Part shown: positions 10,109 through 18,726 of the stretch, in pieces
Layout: every line of letters begins with the position of its first letter
Numbering within the stretch: position 1 is the first letter of the stretch
Assembly (NCBI GenBank): GCA_964554805.1
Contig: CAZKPX010000006.1
Location: 11,356-75,355, forward strand
Direction of reading: 5' to 3'
Source: an uncultured Candidatus Saccharibacteria bacterium
GTDB taxonomy: Bacteria; Patescibacteriota; CAZHWT01
DNA length: 64,000 nucleotides
Position numbers and translations under genes: made by a program
Notes under the pieces: model-generated
Database searches by the model: none
The model's input: only the letters and a program-made list of their open reading frames with translations
What the model was told of the DNA's origin: nothing

Positions 10109-13100
10109 TCCACCCTCGCCACCACTATCCAGTTGGTTCCATTGCTGACTACAGTTAGGCTATGATACTGGCCGGCTAGAGATTCGCTGGCTTGACCGCT
10201 GATAGTTTGGGCAGAGGTGGTGGCGATATTGACGGTGTTGGAGGCGACGGCTTTGGCGATAGTGTATTGGCGTCCGGCTTTGTCGACTGCGCTAGGTAGG
10301 GTGATAGTTACGCTGCCGCCGGTGGTATCAACATTGACTACGCCGTGGCTGTTATTGAGAGTAGTGTTGGTGGATAGGCTGGTGTAGGGTTGAGTAGCAG
10401 AGCGGCCGCTAGTTTGGATGTCGGCGTAGGCGTCGGTGTTTTCGGAGACCTTGAGGGTGTTGGAGGTAGAGTCAAAGTAGGTGCGAGCAGTTCCGGCAGT
10501 CGATAGGCCAGGCGCAGTAGCACCGGTCCATGCAAGATAGTTGCCAATTGTTTTGTTTAGTATAGTTTGAGTTTGGCCATTGGTTGTTACAGTGTGTCGA
10601 CTAGAATTGCTGGTGAAATATAAATTTACTCCGTCGTATTCAATAGCACCTGGTTCGGGGGTAGCCAGGCTGGTTCCAGCGGTTAGCTTAAGGGGTGCAG
10701 TGCCTGCAGCGGCAGTACCGGCTCTAATGTGTAATCCGGCGGTGGGGGTGTAGATTCCGCCTAGGCCGAGTCTGGTGTTGTTGGCGGTGGAGATGATGCC
10801 GGAATCGAGCATAATGGCGCCATTGTTGTAGGTGGACAGGGTTAGGTCAGATGAGTTGTAGCTCTCCCCTGCCTGAATACGCAAGGGTCCGGCCGAGGTG
10901 ATGTTGCCTGAGGAGGAGTTGTCGAAACGTAGGTCGTGGGCGATGGACATATCTCCAGCAGCCATGAAAGCGACGGGGACGTTGGCGGTGATTTGGGATT
11001 GAGTGACTTTGAAGACGGATAGGCCGTCGGTCATCAGATTCATCAGGCTGCCGGCAGTACCGTTGGGGCCGATGTTGAGGCTGAAGAGATCACCGGTCAT
11101 GGTGGTAGCGGAGCCTGGGGTCCAGGATAGGCCAACTAGACCACCGGTGGTGAGGGCGGTGGAGGTGGAGGAGATGTTGAGGCCGCGGCCGGTAGTGAGA
11201 GAGTTGGCGGTGATCTGAGTTCCATTTTGGGTTGTCCCAGAAGATGCAATATCTAGTCGGGCACCAGGGGTGGTGGTTCCTAGGCCCAAGCGATTCAAAG
11301 AGTTATCCCAGAAGAAGTCATTATTGGAGGTTTGAGTGCTACCACCACTCCATACTACAACTCGCCCCACAAGGCCAGTTCCCGTGGCGTTGTTAGCGGG
11401 GACACAGCTATTCCAGGAAGCAGCTGCACCTGTAGTGGCAGTTAAGCATTGGCCTGTAGTGCCGGCTCCGAGTTGAGAGACGACGCCGGAGTCGTTGGTG
11501 TAGAGCAGGCCGCCGGTGGTGGTGTAGTTGGATAGAGTTGTAGCGCCGGTGGCCCGGAAGGTTCCAGCGACATCTAATTTGGCGCCCGGACTTGCATCTG
11601 CTGTTCCAATGCCAACATTTCCACTGGATGTCTCAAAAAGCACCCGAGTATTACCACTGCCATTTCTAAAGTAAAAATTACCGCCAGATTCCAGCCAGAA
11701 TTGAGAGCTCGAGGAAATAGTTAGGAATGCAGTCGAAGTGAGTTGAGACCCCCCATGGCCTGTTAATCGTAGCCCCTTGCCTGGGCCAGCAGTAAGCCAT
11801 GTGTAGGATACATCGTAGTTAATTGATAAAGCGTTTTCTGAGTTTTCTGCGTCATAAATTTGAAGAGCGCCACTTGGATTATCGGTACCTATTCCGACAT
11901 TTCCTTGGTCGCTGATAATCATGGATAGGGCTGGGCCTGCGCCGCCGGTCGTGACCTGCTTAGTGTAGAATCGCAAATCTCCCATCGAATTGCTGCCTGT
12001 TCGCTGATGAGTAATGGCTGCGCCTATGTTATTATCGGTGTTGGTTACTGAAAAACCGAGTCCGGCAGCCAATCCATTCTGAGCATAGGGGTGGCGCAGT
12101 ATTTGCAGATAATTGATGGATTGACTTAAGTCTGCACTTGCGTTGCGTGGAGCCACTACCTCAAGTTGAGCCTGCGGGGTAGTGTCGCCGATGCCAATGC
12201 GCCCCAATGCGGAGACTGTGAGCCGCTCTTGATTTCCAGTCTTGAGTCCAAAGTCATGATGACTAATGTTGCCAACCGAAGAAAAGAAGACGGAGCCGTC
12301 ATATTCCTGAAATATTCCTGTATCTACCCCATATGTGGTGTGGGTTAGGCGTATGCCGCTGAGGTCTGGTCCAGACAGGTGGAGCATCCGTCCCAAAATT
12401 GCTGAACCGCCAATCCTTGCTCCTGCTCCAGAAGGGGTCGTTGTTCCAATTCCTAAACTCTGGCTAACATTATCCCAAAACAACCCACTATTTGAAGACT
12501 GACTATCTGCTCCAGTAAAGAAGGCAATCTGCCCGTTAGCTCCAGTGCCGGTGATGGCATCGGTAGCAGCGCAAGCTCCCCAGTTGGGGGTAGTGCTGGT
12601 GGATTTGAGACATTGACCGGTGATACCTACTCCTAGTTGGGCTAGTTGTCCTGAGGCATTGGTGTAGAGGAGGCCGCCGTTGGTGGTGAATTGAGTTAAG
12701 GCTAATGGTCCGCCGATGGTTACTTTGCTAGCATAGCTAATGTTGCCGGTGGCTATAGTCCAGGGCGAGTATTTATTGGTGTTGCCCTGGGTCAAATTAT
12801 CAGTCGTAAAGCCAAGTAGATTAGTTAAAAAGCCGGCGTCGTTGGTGATGAGTGAGGTTTTGAGCCCTGATTGGGTAACTGAGCCAACGATAGTGCCGCT
12901 GGTGATGGCCAGGGTCAGGGTGGAAGTGCTTAGAGGTTTGAGATCTTGGAGCGAATTTGGAATAACGTTGCTATTTTGACTGGTGTCATTCTGGGCTGGG
13001 GGACTTGATGGTAAGTTGCTTAGGATCCAAGCCTTATCTCTGTCAGTTAGCAGTTTAGAGTTGGCAGGAATTTTCCCTTCGGCTATTAGATCCTCATAAG

Positions 13101-13344
13101 CTGAGAAGCGGTCGGAGACCATAGTGGAAACCATGGTGCCAACATTTAGATACTGTAGGCCGGATTTTCCCAGTAGCGAAGACATATCAACCGCACTGCT
13201 CTGGGCCAGTACTTGCTCAAAGTTGTCTTGGGTAACGGGTTGATGTTGCCCCTGTAGGCCTAGGATGACTTGCCTAGCAGGGTTGAAAAAGATGAAAGCT
13301 AGAACGACGCATGTGACTCCAGCAATCAGATAAATGGGTTTCAT
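10105..13344 (-). CDS. giant Thr/Gly/Ser-rich surface protein (fibre-like repeats), N-terminal TM anchor
   Basis: 1079 aa with N-terminal hydrophobic segment 'IYLIAGVTCVVLAFIFF'. Repeated 'TGQCL..T....W..C' and 'GLGTTTP' modules. The stop overlaps the downstream start as ATGA (translational coupling). Confidence 0.7.
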   Translation of the reverse strand: MKPIYLIAGVTCVVLAFIFFNPARQVILGLQGQHQPVTQDNFEQVLAQSSAVDMSSLLGKSGLQYLNVGTMVSTMVSDRFSAYEDLIAEGKIPANSKLLTDRDKAWILSNLPSSPPAQNDTSQNSNVIPNSLQDLKPLSTSTLTLAITSGTIVGSVTQSGLKTSLITNDAGFLTNLLGFTTDNLTQGNTNKYSPWTIATGNISYASKVTIGGPLALTQFTTNGGLLYTNASGQLAQLGVGITGQCLKSTSTTPNWGACAATDAITGTGANGQIAFFTGADSQSSNSGLFWDNVSQSLGIGTTTPSGAGARIGGSAILGRMLHLSGPDLSGIRLTHTTYGVDTGIFQEYDGSVFFSSVGNISHHDFGLKTGNQERLTVSALGRIGIGDTTPQAQLEVVAPRNASADLSQSINYLQILRHPYAQNGLAAGLGFSVTNTDNNIGAAITHQRTGSNSMGDLRFYTKQVTTGGAGPALSMIISDQGNVGIGTDNPSGALQIYDAENSENALSINYDVSYTWLTAGPGKGLRLTGHGGSQLTSTAFLTISSSSQFWLESGGNFYFRNGSGNTRVLFETSSGNVGIGTADASPGAKLDVAGTFRATGATTLSNYTTTGGLLYTNDSGVVSQLGAGTTGQCLTATTGAAASWNSCVPANNATGTGLVGRVVVWSGGSTQTSNNDFFWDNSLNRLGLGTTTPGARLDIASSGTTQNGTQITANSLTTGRGLNISSTSTALTTGGLVGLSWTPGSATTMTGDLFSLNIGPNGTAGSLMNLMTDGLSVFKVTQSQITANVPVAFMAAGDMSIAHDLRFDNSSSGNITSAGPLRIQAGESYNSSDLTLSTYNNGAIMLDSGIISTANNTRLGLGGIYTPTAGLHIRAGTAAAGTAPLKLTAGTSLATPEPGAIEYDGVNLYFTSNSSRHTVTTNGQTQTILNKTIGNYLAWTGATAPGLSTAGTARTYFDSTSNTLKVSENTDAYADIQTSGRSATQPYTSLSTNTTLNNSHGVVNVDTTGGSVTITLPSAVDKAGRQYTIAKAVASNTVNIATTSAQTISGQASESLAGQYHSLTVVSNGTNWIVVARVD

Positions 13345-13498
13345 AGCGAATAGGCCGGATGGTTGTAATTCGGCGTATATACATACTACGGGAACAGCAG
13401 GCAGGCGTCAATATTTATCTTTAATGAGGGGTCTAGTTGTAGTATGGTGTTTGTATTGAGGCAAGTTGTGTGACTGACAAATTAAGAGCTAATAAGTA

Positions 13499-13710
13499 TC
13501 TTCTCGTCATTGCGAGGATCCGCCAGCTGGCGGAGACGTGGCAATCTGGTTCGCTTGATGAGGGGTTGGAAAGGCAAAGGTCGAAAGGCAAAGGGCAAAA
13601 ATTAAAGTTAAAAATCAAAGTCCAAGGTTGCAAGTAGTGCCAAGTTAGCCAGTATTCGTCATTGCGAGGATCCGCCAGCTGGCGGAGACGTGGCAATCTA
13701 GGAGGATTAT
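13499..13710. repeat. Composite intergenic repeat: two direct family-A copies flanking a family-B (AAAGGCAAAGG) element
   Basis: 13499-13550 and 13662-13710 are near-identical 'tcgtcattgcgaggatccgccagctggcggagacgtggcaatct' copies. 13565-13615 carries the 'gaaaggcaaaggtcgaaaggcaaagggcaaaaatt' element. Confidence 0.8.
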
Positions 13711-13731
13711 GATTATTAATCTGGATCAGCG

Positions 13732-14325
13732 TTATTTCAAGACTTTATCGATTAAGCCGTATTCGACGGCTTCGGTGGCGCTCATGTAGTAGTCGCGGTC
13801 GGTGTCTTTGATGATTCGGTCGCGAGACTGAGTAGTGTTTTCTTCTAGGATGTCGGTTAGGATTTCTTTGAGACGGAGAATTTCTCGGGCGGTGATTTCG
13901 ATGTCACTAGCTTGACCTTCTGCTCCACCCAATGGTTGATGCATGTGGATGCGGCTGTGTGGGAGGGCTAGGCGCTTGCCTTTGGTGCCGCCTGACAACA
14001 GAATGGTGCCCATGGAAGCGCATTGGCCGACACAGATGGTCGACACGTCGCACTTGATGTGTTGCATAGTGTCGTAAATCGACATACCCGCAGTTACGAC
14101 TCCGCCCGGGGAGTTGATATACATGAAAATATCCTTTTTAGGATCCTGAGCTTCAAGATACAGCAGTTGGGCTACCACGATATGTGACATTTCGTCGGCG
14201 ATGCCGCCACCTAAGAAGATAATTCTATCTTCGAGGAGACGAGAGAAAATGTCATAGGCTCGCTCGCCTCTGACATCCTTTTTTATTACCATTGGGACTA
14301 AATCCATGCTTGGTTCCTTAATCAT
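13732..14325 (-). CDS. clpP: ATP-dependent Clp protease proteolytic subunit
   Basis: Canonical ClpP sequence: '[27 protein letters not shown]', active-site 'GQCASMG', and 'HQPLGG'. Confidence 0.95.
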   Translation of the reverse strand: MIKEPSMDLVPMVIKKDVRGERAYDIFSRLLEDRIIFLGGGIADEMSHIVVAQLLYLEAQDPKKDIFMYINSPGGVVTAGMSIYDTMQHIKCDVSTICVGQCASMGTILLSGGTKGKRLALPHSRIHMHQPLGGAEGQASDIEITAREILRLKEILTDILEENTTQSRDRIIKDTDRDYYMSATEAVEYGLIDKVLK

Positions 14326-14359
14326 GTAGTGCTCCTTTATCTAGCGGCGGCTGCTTAAC

Positions 14360-15463
14360 TTACTGGCCGCTCTTGTTGACTGCGTCCAAAATATGCTGGA
14401 GTACTTTTTGTCGCCACAGAGAGTAGGTCAAGTAGTATCGTTGCTGAGGATCAGCGAAACGAGCTTGGGTTTGAGCATCTACTTTAGCCAGTTCGGCTTC
14501 AACCTCTGATTCCTCAATCTGAATATCCTGCTTTTTTGCTACTTCGGCTAGGGCTACTTCTAGAATGGCTTGTTTTTCAGCTTGTGGTCGCCACTGGGCT
14601 TCCATTTCTGCCTGATCTTTGCCGGCTTGTTTGAGGTAATCTTCCATGGTGATACCAAGAGAAGATAGTTGTTGCTGATAGTTGGCGCGCATCCGAGACA
14701 GCTCATCTTCGACAAAAGCCTCAGGCAGCTCGACCTTGGTCATATCAATCAAGGCCTGCATGACTTCATCCTGCCACTTGTTTTCAGCTTCGTATTTCTC
14801 GGCTGATTCTAGATCGGCTTTGACCTGATTGCGCAGGTCCTCCAGGTTTTTGGCACCCAAGGTTTTGGCCCAGTCATCATCCATCTGCATGTCTGGCTTG
14901 GCCTTGCTTGACAATGGCTTGCCATCAGCACCGACTAGTACATCCTGATCTTGATGCGTATGGTCATGATCGTGATCATGCTCGTGAGTATGGCCAGGCT
15001 GTTGTGGGGCAGAAGTTGAGCGCTCAAAGATGGTCTTCATGGTGTCATTGAGCTTGTCTTCGGTCACTTCAGCTACATTTTTAGTGGCTTTGATCTTGCT
15101 GTAGTCCCCTACTTCAGCTTCCGGGCGGATTTGGACAATGGCGGTAACGGCAATTGGTTTGGAGTAATCGACGCTTTCAATATTAACCTCTGGTTGGGCA
15201 ACTGGTACGATATCGTGCTCTTTGAGGGCTGCTTGGTAAGCCAGATTCATGACCACATCGAGGGCTTGTTGCATGGCGGCACTTGGGTTGATGCGCTCTT
15301 CGATCATCTTGCGAGGAGCTCGCCCCGGACGAAAACCAGGCACCTTGACCTGATCGGCTAATTTGGAAAAAGCTACTTCTCGTTCTGCTTCTAGCTTGGC
15401 GGGATCAAGACTGAATGAAATCTCGACTTGGCTTTTGGGTAATTTTTTGATAGTTGAACTCAT
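14360..15463 (-). CDS. tig: trigger factor (short form lacking a recognisable FKBP PPIase domain; His/Asp-rich insert)
   Basis: N-terminal ribosome-binding signature 'VPGFRPGRAPRKMIE'. The gene sits directly upstream of clpP (tig-clpP synteny). The middle region 'HTHEHDHDHDHTHQDQD' replaces the PPIase domain. Confidence 0.85.
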   Translation of the reverse strand: MSSTIKKLPKSQVEISFSLDPAKLEAEREVAFSKLADQVKVPGFRPGRAPRKMIEERINPSAAMQQALDVVMNLAYQAALKEHDIVPVAQPEVNIESVDYSKPIAVTAIVQIRPEAEVGDYSKIKATKNVAEVTEDKLNDTMKTIFERSTSAPQQPGHTHEHDHDHDHTHQDQDVLVGADGKPLSSKAKPDMQMDDDWAKTLGAKNLEDLRNQVKADLESAEKYEAENKWQDEVMQALIDMTKVELPEAFVEDELSRMRANYQQQLSSLGITMEDYLKQAGKDQAEMEAQWRPQAEKQAILEVALAEVAKKQDIQIEESEVEAELAKVDAQTQARFADPQQRYYLTYSLWRQKVLQHILDAVNKSGQ

Positions 15464-15927
15464 AGACGATTCCTGATGTTTTCAAATGGACCACAATTAT
15501 TTCTGGCCGTAGTGCAAGGGATATTATAGCAAATGGAGACAAGAGACGAGCGAGGGAAGGATATAAGGCAAAAGGCAAAGGGCAAAAGGCAAAAATTTGC
15601 ATAAAAACTATACGGAGAGATGACGCAATAAGTGAGTGGCCTGAATGAACGATGCGGTTCGTTCATTCAGGCTTGTCTCTTGCCGTCATCATTGACGGGG
15701 GTCTCCTTCATGGTTGATCAGACTTTGGCAGCCTTGGTTCGACGCGAGGCCTTCTTTTTCGCGCCTTCCATTTGGCGAATACGGTTCTCAATTTGTTTGA
15801 GATAGCGACTCTTCCCTCTGGAGTGGAGCGCTTTAAGCTGCTGCAGACTTAGATGATGAATGCTGCAGTCGTTAGCCATGGTGTCTCCTCCTGGCTTGTA
15901 TGTCTGCTGCCTGATCCGCTTCAGGCA

Positions 15928-16002
15928 TGGTCACCCATACAGGACTCGAACCTGCGACCTCTTCTCTTTGGGAGAAGCGCTCTGCCGCTGAGCTAATGGG
16001 CT
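15928..16002 (-). tRNA. tRNA gene with atypical anticodon arm (loop CCCAAAG; identity unresolved, CAA or CCA reading)
   Basis: Reverse complement AGCCCATTAGCTCAGCGGCAGAGCG...GCAGGTTCGAGTCCTGTATGGGTGACCA. Perfect D-arm and T-arm, encoded CCA. A1:G72 mismatch and C at position 33. Confidence 0.5.
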
Positions 16003-16079
16003 GGTGCCGAAAGGAGGATTCGAACCTCCATGACCTTCGCTTTTGAGAAGGAGCCGCTTCCAAGCTGCACTCTTCCGGC
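16002..16079 (-). tRNA. tRNA gene with atypical 8-nt anticodon loop (TCAAAAGC; identity unresolved)
   Basis: Reverse complement GCCGGAAGAG...CCTTC-TCAAAAGC-GAAGG-TCAT-GGAGGTTCGAATCCTCC-TTTCGGC-A-CCA. Good acceptor and T-arm. It abuts the previous tRNA. Confidence 0.5.
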
Positions 16080-16152
16080 ATAAAACATAAAAACTAACAA
16101 AAAGCCCTCCCGGTTTTAAGGGGAGGGCTTTGAAGTGTGCGATGTTTTGAAG

Positions 16153-16248
16153 TTAACTTACTTGTTCATCGCCAAATGCAGCCTTCCCACGACCTACGAG
16201 GAGGACGAGGACGACTGTGAGAATGGTGATAATGGCTACAGTTAACAT
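16153..16248 (-). CDS. putative 31-aa hydrophobic peptide (MLTVAIITILTVVLVLLVGRGKAAFGDEQVS)
   Basis: Short ORF with a single TM helix. A bidirectional hairpin terminator lies downstream at 16103-16130. TATAAT lies immediately 5' of the ATG, so the transcript may be leaderless. Below the ORF-track size cutoff. Confidence 0.25.
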   Translation of the reverse strand: MLTVAIITILTVVLVLLVGRGKAAFGDEQVS

Positions 16249-16261
16249 GGGAGTATTATAG

Positions 16262-16405
16262 TAAGTCAAAGGTCAAAAGTCAAAAGGCAAAAATGCAAAT
16301 CTGCAGGCAAGCTGCGAATAAATCCGAGCAAAAGTCAAAAGTTCGGCCTAGTTGTTTTTAACTTATTATTTTTAGCCTTAATTTTTGCCTTTTGCCTTTT
16401 GCTTT
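16262..16405. repeat. family-B palindromic element (AGTCAAAGGTCAAAAGTCAAAAGGCAAAAAT ... inverted partner)
   Basis: Long imperfect inverted repeat made of AAAGGCAAAAG / CTTTTGCCTTT units. Related copies at 5125-5215, 13565-13615 and 15560-15600. Confidence 0.75.
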
Positions 16406-16532
16406 TTGACTTAACAACTAACCCAGCCCTTACTAGTTCCACGCATCAGGGTGGGTATGCTATAATCCTTCCGTCTAGTTTTGAGATTTGCTTTGATATG
16501 CAGGTTAAAACTACGCACTAACAAATTTATCG

Positions 16533-16616
16533 GCCGGGGTGGTGGAATGGTAGACACGCATGCCTTAGGAGCATGTGTCGCAAGACGTGGAGGTTCGAGT
16601 CCTCTTCCCGGCACCA
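16533..16616 (+). tRNA. tRNA-Leu (anticodon TAG), type II with long variable arm
   Basis: GCCGGGG acceptor, anticodon stem CATGC/GCATG with loop CTTAGGA, variable arm TGTCGCAAGACGT, T-loop GGTTCGAGTCC, encoded CCA. Confidence 0.85.
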
Positions 16617-16620
16617 GAAA

Positions 16621-16652
16621 AAAGAGGTCATCTTCGGATGGCCTCTTTTTTC
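16621..16652 (+). terminator. rho-independent terminator after tRNA-Leu
   Basis: Hairpin agaggtcatc-ttcg-gatggcctct followed by a T6 run. Confidence 0.7.
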
Positions 16653-17174
16653 TGGTTTGAGGATCGGAGACCCCCCAGCTTCGTCTCTAGCCAAAGGACT
16701 GCCAACCTCGGAGGTTGTCTGCGTAGCGAACCTCCGAGGTTGGGGTTTATGGATTAAGGCTTTTATAGTTCGTAACTGTCACAGCTTTGGTGGTGGGGGG
16801 GTATTGGATTTATTGTTGATGCCTTGTGGTGGGTAATGGGATGGGAAGATGTTGGCGCGGGGCGCAGTGGCCAGTAGCTGGCTGGCTGGCTGTTGGGCAT
16901 ACAATTATGGCTTCGGGGTTCTGTTTGTGGCGGGCACAGCCCTCAACGCCTGCCAGACTTAGTCCTTGGCAGCACTGCGACTGGCGATGTATGTTTCAAA
17001 TGCCTAGCTCCTTTAGCTAGCGGCCACTATTGTGATTGCTGTAGATCCGATTTTTGGGAATAGTAGTTGTATCCTTGGGTCCGATAAGGTTGTGATAGGT
17101 CAAATCACCAAGAGTGATGATACGGTCGAGATTGTTTTGGTGGATACCTAGAGGGAGGTCGATGCTGGGAGGGT

Positions 17175-17810
17175 TTAGAGTCGGTAGTTCTCTAAGTCTT
17201 CCATGAACTGGCTGACACCTCTGACCCAGGGGTGATCTGGTTGAGCTGCACTGGGTGGGGTGTAGCGCTTTTCTATTTTGAGCAAGGTATCGTGACCCTT
17301 ATCGAAGTAACCGCGACGCAAGCCTCGAGCTACCGTTTCAATGCCAGCATCCCACGAGGAGAAGGCTATGCCGCTCTGGGCACCGGTTGGGATACCCCAG
17401 CCCCAGGCGTTGAAGGAGTTCTTGGGAATTCTTTTGCCAAAGCTACTCTCTTTACCGGCGATGGCGACCAGTAGGCGCCAGTCTAAATTGTACTTATCGG
17501 CAATGCTGACAAAGGTGCCAGCGCTGCCAGCCATTGGTGAGCGATGGCTTTTGAGGAAGCCTTCAACCATGGCCACGCGAGAATCGCTACCAGCTACAAC
17601 TGAGTCACCAAGAACGGCGCCTCTCAGCGGAGCTGAAGCGTATAGGCCGGCATCAGCCGCAGATACTGTATCTATTTGATCGAGCTTTTCGGGGATAGCT
17701 CCTTCATTGGCGATTAAACCGCCAGCTGCCATTAAACAAATGGCGATTGAAGGGAACCATAGAACTAACAAAGTTTTTCTTAAATGAACACGTTTGAAGG
17801 GCAGTTCCAT
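17175..17810 (-). CDS. putative secreted peptidoglycan hydrolase (glucosaminidase/FlgJ-like domain)
   Basis: N-terminal TM/signal segment. 'LLVAIAGKESSFGKR...NAWGWGI' resembles the ESGWG...NLFG pattern of Glucosaminidase-family domains. This is a weak assignment. Confidence 0.4.
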   Translation of the reverse strand: MELPFKRVHLRKTLLVLWFPSIAICLMAAGGLIANEGAIPEKLDQIDTVSAADAGLYASAPLRGAVLGDSVVAGSDSRVAMVEGFLKSHRSPMAGSAGTFVSIADKYNLDWRLLVAIAGKESSFGKRIPKNSFNAWGWGIPTGAQSGIAFSSWDAGIETVARGLRRGYFDKGHDTLLKIEKRYTPPSAAQPDHPWVRGVSQFMEDLENYRL

Positions 17811-18327
17811 AGATGTGACTTACTGTTGGTGCGTAAGTTGAAATAATAGTAACTAATTGGATGCTTGGTTGTCAAACCGTCCGCCGTTGGCGGAACCAGG
17901 CGGTTTGGATGCGAGGGTTGCTTGCCGCCGCAAGCTATTTATGACTTTTCCTGCTTGGCTGGAGTGCGTATGCAATCTATTGGGCAAGATTGGATGCCAT
18001 CTTTGTTTGCTAAGCAAACAATGTTTCACTTTCCAACTGAGTTGGACTGGCATGCAAACCGTCCGCGGTTGGCGGAACCAGGCGGTTTGGATATTGGGGC
18101 TTTTCGTCTCGGAGCACTCGTGCTTGCACCGTTTCTCTCGACAAGCTAGTGCTGGATTGCCGCGTCGCTCCTCCTCGCAATGACGGGATGGCTAGACTGG
18201 TGTCTGTTGCTGGTGTACGTATTGCAGTATGGGAATGCTTGGCTGTATACTGGTGATACCTGGTATATGGTTGGGATGTTCTAGGGAGTTCGCCAAATTG
18301 ACCCAAAGGGGGTGAACGAACAGTCTT

Positions 18328-18663
18328 ATGGATTATCAAGATAAAACTTTGCAGTGTACTGACCCAGCTCATGAAGAGAATACTTCTGAGATGGATGAAC
18401 AATCCCAATCAAAAGAGTTTGTATTCAGTGCTGATGAACAAGCTTTCTATGCTGAAAAAGGTTTTAGTGAGCCACAGCGCTGCCCAGCTTGTCGAGCTGC
18501 TAAAAAAGCTCGCTTCAACAGCCGTGGTCGCGGTGGTGACCGACAAATGTTTAGCGCTACTTGCGCTCAGTGTGGTCGTGAGGATCAGGTTCCTTTTGAG
18601 CCCAAAGATGGCCGACCTGTCTATTGTACCGATTGTTTTCAACAGCAGCGGGCTACAGCCTAA
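18328..18663 (+). CDS. zinc-ribbon protein (CPxCR...CAQCG...CTDC)
   Basis: Three Cys pairs with 'RPVYCTDCF' C-terminus. Acidic N-terminus. A hairpin terminator follows. Confidence 0.6.
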   Translation: MDYQDKTLQCTDPAHEENTSEMDEQSQSKEFVFSADEQAFYAEKGFSEPQRCPACRAAKKARFNSRGRGGDRQMFSATCAQCGREDQVPFEPKDGRPVYCTDCFQQQRATA

Positions 18664-18676
18664 AGCACAATAAAAA

Positions 18677-18700
18677 CAGCTCCGAAAGGAGCTGTTTTTT
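18677..18700 (+). terminator. rho-independent terminator
   Basis: cagctcc-gaaa-ggagctg stem-loop plus TTTTTT. It terminates two convergent genes. Confidence 0.75.
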
Positions 18701-18726
18701 GTTGGGCAGGTTTTTGGCAGACTGGT

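Noticed and set aside
9684-10148. ORFs 9684-10148 (+) and 9706-10068 (-)
   Set aside because: They are composed entirely of family-A repeat copies (SLRGVKRRGNP... repeats). They conflict with the far better-supported LamG giant gene.
15872-16081. 69-aa ORF on minus strand
   Set aside because: It exactly overlaps the two tRNA genes, so the tRNA T-loop sequence explains the open frame.
17857-18408. ORFs 17857-18183, 17865-18149, 18010-18408
   Set aside because: They lie across the direct hairpin repeats and the family-A copy. They have no RBS or motif and are likely non-coding leader.
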